64,000 nt of DNA from a virus: positions 1,581 to 65,580 of IMG/VR virus record IMGVR_UViG_3300027861_000022; one strand, given 5' to 3'. Positions within the stretch are counted from its first letter, which is position 1. Every line of letters begins with the position of its first letter. The translations under genes were made by a program, and so were the position numbers. The notes beneath the pieces are model-generated. The model ran no database searches, had not been told where the DNA came from, and was given only the letters and a program-made list of their open reading frames with translations. This document shows positions 1-7,883 of the stretch, piece after piece.

Positions 1-60
1 AACAGCTTCGGTCCTGATATATCGTATAAGGTCGCCGCGTTTAAAGTAGTGAGGTTCCAT
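1..60 (-). CDS. Partial small protein of the FKxGD(L/I) family, running off the window start
   Basis: Manual translation from ATG at 60: MEPHYFKRGDLIRYIRTEAV..., same N-terminal motif as neighbours. Confidence 0.55.
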   Translation of the reverse strand, partial: MEPHYFKRGDLIRYIRTEAV

Positions 61-97
61 CCTATAATAGATAGGTCTGAAAAACCCCTTTGTAACT

Positions 98-319
98 TCA
101 TTTTTTCAACTCCCAGACATCGGGGTTAAAGTTGCAAAACGTCTCAATTTTGTGTAGCTTAGAAAGCCACGACGAGTCGAAAGTTATAAATAGTTCTACA
201 TTATCAATGATTCCTGCTTTCCATGGGTTTGGCTCTTTCCTGATATTAACGATAATGCCCTGTATCTCTGGCTTATTGTTCATGCTGTAAGTGACAATAT
301 CTCCGGTTTTAAACTTCAT
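98..319 (-). CDS. Small early protein, MKFKxGD (KOW/SH3-like) family
   Basis: Starts MKFKTGDIVTY; overlaps upstream paralog. Confidence 0.75.
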   Translation of the reverse strand: MKFKTGDIVTYSMNNKPEIQGIIVNIRKEPNPWKAGIIDNVELFITFDSSWLSKLHKIETFCNFNPDVWELKK

Positions 320-542
320 TTTTTAAGCTCCAATGCTGGTCTTTGAAGCCGGTCATTGTGTCAATATCGCTAACTGCTGTCGGGTCATCCTCGTCGAAAG
401 TTATGAATAAATGCACATTATCAACGACATCTTTTGTCCAGTAATTCTCAGTTTGCCAGTGCTCCAGGATAATCGCTTCAACGAGCGAACCTAAACCCTG
501 CATCGGTTTATGAGCTATTAAATCTCCGACTTTAAATTTCAT
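309..542 (-). CDS. Small early protein, MKFKxGD family
   Basis: MKFKVGDLIAH; shares ...LFITFD with 98..319. Confidence 0.75.
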   Translation of the reverse strand: MKFKVGDLIAHKPMQGLGSLVEAIILEHWQTENYWTKDVVDNVHLFITFDEDDPTAVSDIDTMTGFKDQHWSLKNEV

Positions 543-775
543 GCTTTCCTCCAGTAATAATCGTCATCAGAAGACTCAACCACGGCATTCGTTAAAATCA
601 AGGTTTTCCCTGGTGAATGCCGGGGGTAATCCTGGGGCGGCGCCCACACTAGATAAAGGGTATAATCTGATAACCCAGGAACCACCGGATGATTCTCAAG
701 CTTTACCACAATGCATCGGGCATCGGCTTGACCGTCAACGACTTCTTCGATTAAATCTCCTGGTTCAAACTTCAT
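539..775 (-). CDS. Small early protein, MKFxxGD family
   Basis: MKFEPGDLIEE; ATGA coupling to the next gene. Confidence 0.75.
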   Translation of the reverse strand: MKFEPGDLIEEVVDGQADARCIVVKLENHPVVPGLSDYTLYLVWAPPQDYPRHSPGKTLILTNAVVESSDDDYYWRKA

Positions 776-1028
776 TTATCACCGTCCAATTATCATCGTG
801 GTCGCTTCCATCTTCTTCTTTACAGTACCAGGTATCGGCTAGCCCTACATGATTGCATTTACTTAGTCCAGGCTGGACACAAACAGCATCCAATTGCATC
901 CTGAAAACAGTCGGGCGCCTGCGTGGACCTTTTTTATTTATCTGGCGAGTTTCAATAACAATCCAGAGCCCGCCGTTTTTCTTATGCTTTAATAAATTTC
1001 CCGGCTTAAACTTCATGCCGACCTCCAT
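765..1028 (-). CDS. Small early protein, MKFKPGN family (true start likely 1016)
   Basis: MKFKPGNLLKH...AVCV..G....DTW; clear paralog of 7261..7521; GGAGG precedes ATG at 1016. Confidence 0.75.
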   Translation of the reverse strand: MEVGMKFKPGNLLKHKKNGGLWIVIETRQINKKGPRRRPTVFRMQLDAVCVQPGLSKCNHVGLADTWYCKEEDGSDHDDNWTVINEV

Positions 1029-1039
1029 CCTATATACAT

Positions 1040-1095
1040 ATTATACCAGATTTTAGAGGGAAAGTAAAGAAAAAGTTTGTCAAGAGAATGTCAAG
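1040..1095 (-). promoter_or_regulatory. Early promoter cassette 1
   Basis: TATAAT 1040-1045, TTTACT 1063-1068 (17-bp spacer), CTTGACATTCTCTTGACAA 1077-1095. Confidence 0.85.
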
Positions 1096-1333
1096 CAACC
1101 AACCTCCATTTCGTAGGGTCCAGGTCGATTATCTGAAAACTATATAAATCTCCTGGGTTCCACGCATGAGTTTCATCAAGTAATACATAAGTTTTAAACA
1201 GTCTTTTCGTGACCTCGTATATGACAAGTCTCGACCACTCGCCACGATGAATGCTGGGGATACAAATTATATCCCCAGCCTTTAAGGTTTCGACATCATC
1301 GATCTTGAGGTGACCTTCAGTCATTGATTGCAA
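1091..1333 (-). CDS. Small hypothetical protein (LKAGD motif)
   Basis: ORF coupled to the upstream vWA gene; LKAGDII resembles the FKxGD family. Confidence 0.6.
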   Translation of the reverse strand: MQSMTEGHLKIDDVETLKAGDIICIPSIHRGEWSRLVIYEVTKRLFKTYVLLDETHAWNPGDLYSFQIIDLDPTKWRLVA

Positions 1334-2726
1334 TCACTCGCTCATTGGTCTGGAAGTAAGGGCGTTCTGCGTGAGCCTTGGTTGTCATCCACATACGCTG
1401 ACACTTGCTAGGAACAGGCTTAGGAGCCTCCATATCGGTCAAGACAATGTGACCATCAAATTTATTCGCGTTTACCCACTTGGTTGGAGCATCAAAGCAG
1501 GTTCCACCATGCTTATAGCGAGTCTTCTCGTGGCGCTCGCCCTTCTTCCAGACATGAATATGCTCCTCTGCAACCTCGGTATCAAAAGGAACAATCGTAA
1601 AGTCGGCGATGGTTGCCAGCTTTTCAAGCTCGGAATAAAAAGCTGTAAGCATCTCATCGGAGACGCTGCCCGATTGGTCAATTGAAACCGCTATTTTCGC
1701 TTGACGCTTTGCCTTGCGACCAGGATGAATATAAGCATACCGGCGATTTAATCTCTTGATTGTTGAGGTTCTATCTGCTCTCTGGCTTGCCTTGACGAAC
1801 GAGCGCAGGATTGAACGCCAGTTGACTTTAGGAGTTATAACCTCCTTAATCGTGCGCTTCATGTTAGAGGACACCGAACCGAAGCCGCGAGACATTGCCT
1901 CGACATAAGCCTCTTTAATAGCTTCTTTTAAGCGCTCTTCTGCAATCTTCCTTTTCTCGTCGGTTCCATCGGAAGAACCCCAGTCAGAATGGTCATCAAA
2001 GCCATTTCCAGAGCCAGAGCCGGGCTTGCTGGTCGGCCCTTGCCCGCCCTTGCTCTCGTTATCGTCTTGCTCGCCCTCGGAACTATCATCGGGCGGTCCG
2101 TCTCCGTCGCCGTCTCCGTCCTCGCCATCGTTGTTATCGTCGCTCTCGGAGTCACCCTGGTCCGGTTCATCCTGGTCCTCATTCTCGGGTAACAAAGTCA
2201 TATATTCCTCGGCGGAAAGATGAGGAAGAAGGTCAACAAACGGGCCAACGGTTGGGATACAGGCCATATCCACCGGCAAAAGGGAACTTTCGACGGCGCA
2301 GCCGGTTGAAGTATCGGCATCGCGTGTAAACACAGTTAACTCGCTGTTAATCGCGAGGTCTGTGGCAATATTCCATTTCTTCGTCATCTTTCCAGATGGA
2401 AGGCGAGAAGTAACGTGCAAAAGCATGATATGATAGAATTCATGCAATAGTACGCCTTTAACGTACTTAATATCCTGATCAAGCATCTTTGCCATGAAGT
2501 CCGGGTTATAAAACAGTTCAAACCTGCATTTATCCTCATTAAAGCGGACGCCGGCGGTTGGAACCGACTTAGAAGCCACCTTTTCCATCCGTCGCGATAA
2601 AGCGGCGAAGAAAGGCTCATCTCGGAGGAGTCCGACGATGTGAGTGTTAAGGTCGAAAGGCGGCAATTGCTTTTCGCCGTCTTTTGTGAAGGAATTAGCT
2701 AAAGTAGTCATAGGGTAGTGCTCCAT
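1317..2726 (-). CDS. Metallopeptidase-like + vWA domain protein (DUF2201-type), partner of MoxR ATPase
   Basis: HEFYH (HExxH), WNIATDLAIN, acidic linker, vWA MIDAS DQSGS, GGT and LTD motifs. Confidence 0.85.
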   Translation of the reverse strand: MEHYPMTTLANSFTKDGEKQLPPFDLNTHIVGLLRDEPFFAALSRRMEKVASKSVPTAGVRFNEDKCRFELFYNPDFMAKMLDQDIKYVKGVLLHEFYHIMLLHVTSRLPSGKMTKKWNIATDLAINSELTVFTRDADTSTGCAVESSLLPVDMACIPTVGPFVDLLPHLSAEEYMTLLPENEDQDEPDQGDSESDDNNDGEDGDGDGDGPPDDSSEGEQDDNESKGGQGPTSKPGSGSGNGFDDHSDWGSSDGTDEKRKIAEERLKEAIKEAYVEAMSRGFGSVSSNMKRTIKEVITPKVNWRSILRSFVKASQRADRTSTIKRLNRRYAYIHPGRKAKRQAKIAVSIDQSGSVSDEMLTAFYSELEKLATIADFTIVPFDTEVAEEHIHVWKKGERHEKTRYKHGGTCFDAPTKWVNANKFDGHIVLTDMEAPKPVPSKCQRMWMTTKAHAERPYFQTNERVIAIND

Positions 2727-2737
2727 TCTATATACAT

Positions 2738-2793
2738 ATTATACCAGATTTTTCGGCATAAGTAAAGAGAAAGATTGTAAAGAAAATGTCAAG
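2738..2793 (-). promoter_or_regulatory. Early promoter cassette 2
   Basis: TATAAT 2738-2743, TTTACT 2761-2766, variant upstream motif 2775-2793. Confidence 0.8.
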
Positions 2794-2795
2794 AG

Positions 2796-2840
2796 AAAAA
2801 AGGGTGGTCGGAGGGAGGCTAACCAAAACCCCCCTCCAAC
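2796..2840 (-). terminator. Intrinsic terminator after the AAA ATPase gene
   Basis: GGTTGGAGGG...CCCTCCGACC hairpin followed by a T run on the minus strand. Confidence 0.65.
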
Positions 2841-2861
2841 CGGAGCTATCACACTCGCAAA

Positions 2862-4016
2862 TCACTTGCCTCCAAGCAACTTAATGAACTCCTCAACTTT
2901 TCCCTGGCGAGTCAACTCGCGGTGAAAGTTGGAGCCATTATCGGCAGATATTTGGTTGTTCGCCTTGGTCAAGGTTGTGAACAGTTTCATCCTCGCTTCG
3001 GCTGGAAGCGCGTCAAAGTACAGGACCAAATTGGACATTTTGGACTCTTCCATTTTGGAGTTGAAAACTTCACTTGCGTCCATCTTCTCGATGAGTGCAA
3101 CGTGGTCAACCAGGCCGAAATCCTTGGTTTTATCTATCTTTCCGTGAACCAGAATATCGTCGACGGTTACCTGACGTTCGTAATTCTCAACGAAGTCGCG
3201 AAGAGCAACAGCGGCTTCAAAGCCGACAAATCCGTGGGATAGGTTGAAAAGCAGCCCCAAATCTGGGCTTTCGTCGTCAAGCAGGTTAACCTTTCCGAGC
3301 GTATTGCTCAAACGGTGCCATGAACGGCGAGACGGATAAACAGTGCCAGGCTCAAATTCGCCCTTGTGCTCCAAGTGGTCATGATTTTGATTGATGAAGT
3401 CCCAAACAAGGCTATGAATCTCGCTTTTGCCCCAGTTGAGCCAATCTTCGATGGAAGGCTCAACGTCAAAGCAGACCCAGCGGTCAAGCTCGGCAGGGTC
3501 CATGTCCGCGACTTGGTATTGTGCAGCATGAACGCCGCCATTTACCGCGCCGAAAATGATGGTACCAGGATGGAGTTTCCAGCCGTTGATTTGGCGCGAG
3601 TCGCCAAGTTGGAAGAACCCCTGTCGAACCTCGGTTGTCGCTCGGTCAATTTCATCGAGGAAGAGGACAACGGGCTCGGTACAGGCCCGTACAAGCCAAG
3701 AGAAGGGCCGTAGAGACGCCGCATCTTGACCGTTGACCTTTACCATGGCGGGCGATGGAAGCCCCAGAAGGTCGCCTTCTGTCATCTGTGAGGCACGTTG
3801 TTCAACGACCGGTAGAGGAGTCTCACCCTGCTTAATCGGGCGAGTGGTTTTGGTCTTCGCATCCCAGGTTAAGCCGTTGGCGGTCTGGTAAGCAATCCAA
3901 GATTTGCCGATACCGTGACGGCCACGGATAAGGACGGAATAAAGGTTAGACTCATCACCCGATAGAAGGGTAGGAATCATGGAAAAAAGGTTAGAGAATG
4001 TGATAGCGATGGACAT
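2862..4016 (-). CDS. MoxR-like AAA+ ATPase
   Basis: Walker A GRHGIGKS, Walker B LFLDE, DPAELDR and PSRRSW motifs; adjacent to vWA gene. Confidence 0.88.
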   Translation of the reverse strand: MSIAITFSNLFSMIPTLLSGDESNLYSVLIRGRHGIGKSWIAYQTANGLTWDAKTKTTRPIKQGETPLPVVEQRASQMTEGDLLGLPSPAMVKVNGQDAASLRPFSWLVRACTEPVVLFLDEIDRATTEVRQGFFQLGDSRQINGWKLHPGTIIFGAVNGGVHAAQYQVADMDPAELDRWVCFDVEPSIEDWLNWGKSEIHSLVWDFINQNHDHLEHKGEFEPGTVYPSRRSWHRLSNTLGKVNLLDDESPDLGLLFNLSHGFVGFEAAVALRDFVENYERQVTVDDILVHGKIDKTKDFGLVDHVALIEKMDASEVFNSKMEESKMSNLVLYFDALPAEARMKLFTTLTKANNQISADNGSNFHRELTRQGKVEEFIKLLGGK

Positions 4017-4063
4017 ATTATGTCTCCTGGTTTAAGTAGGTAAGTTGTTTAGGTTATGTATAC

Positions 4064-4119
4064 ATTATACAGTGTTTTTGGGGTTTAGTCAATGGTTATA
4101 TTGTCAAGAGAATGTCAAG
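4064..4119 (-). promoter_or_regulatory. Early promoter cassette 3
   Basis: TATAAT 4064-4069, TTGACT 4087-4092, motif 4101-4119. Confidence 0.85.
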
Positions 4120-4132
4120 GGCGATAAAGGGC

Positions 4133-4930
4133 TTATATAGCCCCTTGCCAGTGCTTTCGTCGTTTATAAATCTCTTTAATTTTCTTGTCCTTGGAGCTAA
4201 ACCAACCTGCAGGCGGCGCAGATGGCGGAACTGGGGACTCAACAGTTAGAAAATGGTGTCCAATATGCTGGGCGCGCCAGTGCGAGCCATCTATTAGCTC
4301 TCCCAAAATGCGCTCGCTCAAAAACAGCTTCAAAAGCTCTTCATCGAATGGTAGCCCTAATGCATTCTTCCACCCGCGAGCACCCAGTAGGCCCATAGGA
4401 ACGGTGAAAAAAGGAGCGGGCTGGGCGCCGGTGTGTCCTTCGGTGGCGCTGTTAAAATACCAAACTTCTCGGTTCCATACATTGATTCCAAGCCAGTTTA
4501 CATCTGTTACAATCTGCGGAATTCGGTATGTGCCAGCCTGCTGATTATTCGCATCAATGTATTTTCTATTAGCATCACTCGAAACTATGGCGCCGATGCC
4601 GACTCCCAGGCGAATTAAGTGCCGATAAACACTTTTCCTGAATTCAGAGTTTTTACCTCTGGTTTCTTCCATGTTTTCTTTCAGGGTTGTGCAAGTTGCG
4701 CGGTTGTGTCCGCCTTCGTCGCAGTATGAACACTTGCGATTCTTGCCGCTAGCCTTCCGTCTTGCTTTCTTGAGGTCATGGGCGCGCACAGTGTAAAAAT
4801 CATCTCCATGTACGGCGCGTAGTTCCTCAATTCTTTCTCTCTTACTAGGACAAGAGGATTTATTGTGTCCTTTATCGTGACAGTATGAACAGTGAACGGT
4901 TCTTTTATGGGAGGGGTGCGAGTATGACAT
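4133..4930 (-). CDS. Protein with two CCHC zinc knuckles
   Basis: CSYCHDKGHNKSSC and CSYCDEGGHNRATC. Confidence 0.75.
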   Translation of the reverse strand: MSYSHPSHKRTVHCSYCHDKGHNKSSCPSKRERIEELRAVHGDDFYTVRAHDLKKARRKASGKNRKCSYCDEGGHNRATCTTLKENMEETRGKNSEFRKSVYRHLIRLGVGIGAIVSSDANRKYIDANNQQAGTYRIPQIVTDVNWLGINVWNREVWYFNSATEGHTGAQPAPFFTVPMGLLGARGWKNALGLPFDEELLKLFLSERILGELIDGSHWRAQHIGHHFLTVESPVPPSAPPAGWFSSKDKKIKEIYKRRKHWQGAI

Positions 4931-4977
4931 TGTGATAGCCTCAAAAGTTTGTGGGTGAATCTCTAACTTGTATATGT

Positions 4978-5033
4978 ATTATACCAAATTTTAGAGAGAA
5001 AGTAAAGGATTAAATTGTAAAGAGAATGTCAAG
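4978..5033 (-). promoter_or_regulatory. Early promoter cassette 4
   Basis: TATAAT 4978-4983, TTTACT 5001-5006, variant motif 5015-5033. Confidence 0.8.
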
Positions 5034-5049
5034 AGATTTATAAATAAGA

Positions 5050-5264
5050 TGACCGAGGAGGTCGCTGCCGTTTTGCTCGGATGTCCGGCGTCCTATCTAC
5101 ATAAATTGTTTGTTGGCACTACTTCGCGTGCCCCCCTGGTAATGGAGATAGAAAGCCCATAATGCATCGCGCTAAAGCGATGAGCAGCCTTCAACCCTTA
5201 GAATCAAGAGGCAGCCCTATATAGCAACGGGCTACGTTTAAAGATTATGTGACCTCCTCGGTCA
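5050..5264. ncRNA. Candidate structured ncRNA of unknown class
   Basis: Perfect 14-bp inverted repeat TGACCGAGGAGGTC (5050-5063 / 5251-5264) enclosing several hairpins; intergenic. Confidence 0.45.
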
Positions 5265-5287
5265 AATTCAAGTTTAAATCAAGGCTT

Positions 5288-5893
5288 TCATTTGACTTTC
5301 GGAGCTTTCTTGAGCCAGCGCTCTTGAATTTCAATTGTTCGAGATTCTCCAAATGGCAAAATTGTGTAGCCCTTGGCGCCTTTGGCAGCGGAGCGAATAG
5401 GTCCATCGGTTGAAACCACCATAGCAATTCGGTCGCGAAACGCATAAGCGTGTGACCGAGCGGTCTTGCGCACTTTTACCAGAGAGCCAGCGGGATAAAG
5501 CGCGTCCGCAGCCATGATTGTAAGCACCTTTTGGACGTACTTATTTTCAACCATCTTGCGATAAAGCTTTTCGCTTGGAATATAAGTTTCTTCCTCCATA
5601 ATTGTCTTGGCGGCATCGCCAAAATAGGGAGGATTCAAAAGATAATATTCTGCGGCGACTTTTAGCTTGCGCGCCTTTTCCTCGTTCCAGTCGTCCTTCC
5701 AGGCTTTTTGTGAAGCGATGACCGCCGGACTAAAACGAGCCTCCATCCTCTCAAACGCCGACCACTGTTTGTCGCTAAGGCGTCCCCATTTCTTGCAGCT
5801 TCCCTGCAAGCTTTCGGCGAACGAGCGAGAAGAGCCGTTCAAATCTTTGTTTTCAAGTAGTTTTTCAATTCGGGCGGTTTGTTGAGCAGACAT
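5288..5893 (-). CDS. Hypothetical phage protein with C-terminal KOW/SH3-like region
   Basis: 201-aa ORF with own promoter and GGAG RBS; F..SL.....G.LS.KQ motif and YPAGSLVKV. Confidence 0.75.
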   Translation of the reverse strand: MSAQQTARIEKLLENKDLNGSSRSFAESLQGSCKKWGRLSDKQWSAFERMEARFSPAVIASQKAWKDDWNEEKARKLKVAAEYYLLNPPYFGDAAKTIMEEETYIPSEKLYRKMVENKYVQKVLTIMAADALYPAGSLVKVRKTARSHAYAFRDRIAMVVSTDGPIRSAAKGAKGYTILPFGESRTIEIQERWLKKAPKVK

Positions 5894-5918
5894 GCTAACT
5901 CCATTAGGTTATGTATAC

Positions 5919-5974
5919 ATTATACAGGGTTTTTAGGCTTAAGTCAATGGTTATATTGTCAAGAGAATGTCAAG
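5919..5974 (-). promoter_or_regulatory. Early promoter cassette 5
   Basis: TATAAT 5919-5924, TTGACT 5942-5947, motif 5956-5974. Confidence 0.85.
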
Positions 5975-6212
5975 TCATCAAAAACACGGTGGCTCCTAGC
6001 ATATGGACACTTTTATCAAGATATAAAGTACACATCTCGCCTGCCTTTACATGGAGGGTTCGGGGCCAAGAGAGCAAAGTGAAACATTTATAAGACGCCT
6101 CGCCATCTGAATTTTTCCTCTTGCTAACTAAAATATGCCTTTGATTACTCCGGTCGCTAACTACGGCGAATTCATCACCGATTTTTAATTCTTTTGGCCT
6201 TATAACTTTCAT
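5970..6212 (-). CDS. Small hypothetical protein (LKIGD motif)
   Basis: MKVIRPKELKIGDEF; fits the operon. Confidence 0.65.
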   Translation of the reverse strand: MKVIRPKELKIGDEFAVVSDRSNQRHILVSKRKNSDGEASYKCFTLLSWPRTLHVKAGEMCTLYLDKSVHMLGATVFLMT

Positions 6213-6213
6213 T

Positions 6214-6579
6214 TTAGCGAAACCATCCCAGTGTTTTGTCGAAAGACGGGTTTAAAATTACTTTTTCGGGGCCTGGGTGTGGATTCCAGACCCAAAAGCG
6301 TTTTTTCTGCGTGCCAATCTGGTGAAGACCGTGCGGTGCTGGGCCTTCTAAGCCGCTTTTCCTCGCTTGTCCCTTTGACGGGAAAACACCGGCTTCAACG
6401 GCCATAAAAGCTAAATCGTCAGTTTCAACCCGGACAATCGCTTCACCGGTTGCGACTGGACCAAACACAAGTTCAATATCTCGGTCTGAAACCACATTTT
6501 CTTCTCTTTCAACTACAAAATGAAACAAGCAACCCCCAAACTGTATACACATTATACCAGATAATCGCGATATTGTCAA
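6214..6579 (-). CDS. Stand-alone S4-like RNA-binding domain protein (start likely downstream of the ORF-track start)
   Basis: LAFMAVEAGVFPSKGQARKSG resembles the TyrRS C-terminal S4 motif; the ORF-track start lies inside promoter cassette 6. Confidence 0.5.
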   Translation of the reverse strand: MTISRLSGIMCIQFGGCLFHFVVEREENVVSDRDIELVFGPVATGEAIVRVETDDLAFMAVEAGVFPSKGQARKSGLEGPAPHGLHQIGTQKKRFWVWNPHPGPEKVILNPSFDKTLGWFR

Positions 6580-6606
6580 CGATTATATTGTCAAGAGAAT
6601 GTCAAG
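6551..6606 (-). promoter_or_regulatory. Early promoter cassette 6
   Basis: Perfect TTGACA 6574-6579, N17, TATAAT 6551-6556; motif 6588-6606. Confidence 0.88.
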
Positions 6607-6627
6607 ACAAGTTAAATAGTCGCAGGT

Positions 6628-6870
6628 TTACTTTTCCCTCGGATGGACCTGATACCAGCCTGGTCCACACGATTGCGTGCGAACAAGCAGGATAGTTTCC
6701 TTTCCATACGATTTTAGAGTTTTTCGATGGAATTCATCGTATCCGTCGCGACTTCGCAAAAGGTCAGCGGCGCAAACCGAAAACCAAGTTCCGACCGGAC
6801 CAAAATACAGGTCTTGGCCATTGTGGAATTCAAAAGCCTGATTTTCGTTAATGTGAATCGCCTCATTCAT
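6628..6870 (-). CDS. Hypothetical protein
   Basis: 80-aa ORF coupled in the operon. Confidence 0.6.
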   Translation of the reverse strand: MNEAIHINENQAFEFHNGQDLYFGPVGTWFSVCAADLLRSRDGYDEFHRKTLKSYGKETILLVRTQSCGPGWYQVHPREK

Positions 6871-7081
6871 TTTCTTTTCCTCTGTTGACGATTTTCCACT
6901 CGTCTCCGTGGTTGTTTACCCATAGAGTTGTTCCGTTTAAACGCCGGTTAACCGGCGCATAAGTACAATGAATGACCACTTTATGATAAAATTTGTTGAA
7001 TTCGCTAGTTTTAAAGCCGACAACTATTCCCTCCAATTTGTTTGATTTGTGACGGATGAAATCGCCCTTTTTAAGTTCCAT
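6863..7081 (-). CDS. Small KOW-like protein (LKKGD)
   Basis: MELKKGDFIRHK..EGIVVG. Confidence 0.7.
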   Translation of the reverse strand: MELKKGDFIRHKSNKLEGIVVGFKTSEFNKFYHKVVIHCTYAPVNRRLNGTTLWVNNHGDEWKIVNRGKENE

Positions 7082-7307
7082 ATTGGCCGCCTTTAAACAA
7101 TTTGCAAGCCTTGTGCATGAGCACAGTGGGCCTGTAAAATTTTCTATGAAGTGACCAGGTGGACGCTTCAGAGTAAAACAGATAGTAAGTATAACCGGCG
7201 CCGTGTTTCTCGATAATTATGCTCCTGCTTCCATAGCTGTCGACGACAATTTGTCCTATCTCAAACAACAGTTTCAACGCGCCAAATCTTGTCAAGAGGG
7301 TCGACAT
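7071..7307 (-). CDS. Small KOW-like protein
   Basis: FEIGQIVVD motif; true start probably near 7268. Confidence 0.55.
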   Translation of the reverse strand: MSTLLTRFGALKLLFEIGQIVVDSYGSRSIIIEKHGAGYTYYLFYSEASTWSLHRKFYRPTVLMHKACKLFKGGQYGT

Positions 7308-7521
7308 CCTCCTTGGTTAATAGCCAAGTATCCACAAGTCCCGGTTCCCAATAACTATTACCGCGCCCCTTATCGTCACCGGCATATACACAAAATGCTT
7401 CTACCTCGCTCGACCAGCGATATGACCCCTTGTGGACGGGTTTGTGAGGAGTCGCCTCAACAATTATCCAAACGGAGTTTGTTGGTACGTGAGTTACTAA
7501 ATTTCCAGGCTTAAACTTCAT
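7261..7521 (-). CDS. Small early protein, MKFKPGN family
   Basis: Paralog of 765..1028. Confidence 0.75.
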   Translation of the reverse strand: MKFKPGNLVTHVPTNSVWIIVEATPHKPVHKGSYRWSSEVEAFCVYAGDDKGRGNSYWEPGLVDTWLLTKEDVDPLDKIWRVETVV

Positions 7522-7690
7522 GATTTAAAATATCTTCGTCAAGCTGTTCCTGTATCCATTCTGGACATTCTTCGTCAGCATCCATCGGCATCGGGTCATA
7601 AGAACCGCCGAAATCATACGATTCTTCATAGAATTCCTCTGAAGATATGGTCATAAGGTCGTTTATCGCGGGGTCGTTTGAGTATGGCAT
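7511..7690 (-). CDS. Small acidic protein (59 aa, below ORF-track cutoff)
   Basis: Manual translation MPYSNDPAINDLMTISSEEF...; GGAG RBS; overlaps the next start. Confidence 0.6.
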   Translation of the reverse strand: MPYSNDPAINDLMTISSEEFYEESYDFGGSYDPMPMDADEECPEWIQEQLDEDILNHEV

Positions 7691-7727
7691 TTCTGCTCCT
7701 GTTTGGTTTGGTTTGATTGGTAAGATA

Positions 7728-7816
7728 AAATAGGGCGAGCGTGCTACCTAGCAACACTTCACAACTGGTCCCTTGGTCGTGACAGGATTTGAACCCGCGC
7801 CCCTCGCCCTATTTGT
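7728..7816 (-). ncRNA. Circularly permuted tRNA-like RNA (YrlA-like topology)
   Basis: 12-bp terminal stem, T arm GCGGG-TTCAAAT-CCTGT, loop-closed acceptor-like stem, D arm GTGT-TGCTAGGTA-GCAC; promoter directly upstream. Confidence 0.75.
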
Positions 7817-7822
7817 ATATAC

Positions 7823-7878
7823 ATTATACCAGAATTTTCCGGTTAGGTCAAGGATTAAATTGTCAAGAGAGTGTCAAC
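7823..7878 (-). promoter_or_regulatory. Early promoter cassette 7, driving the tRNA-like RNA
   Basis: TATAAT 7823-7828, TTGACC 7846-7851, variant motif 7860-7878. Confidence 0.82.
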
Positions 7879-7883
7879 AACTT

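Noticed and set aside
5050-5264. Call as RNase P RNA, SAM riboswitch or HDV/theta ribozyme
   Set aside because: Only scattered short motif resemblances; the defining pseudoknots could not be built by eye.
7728-7816. Permuted RNA read as a two-piece tmRNA
   Set aside because: No G3:U70 Ala identity, no GGGG 5' end, no tag ORF or pseudoknots, and it is far too short.
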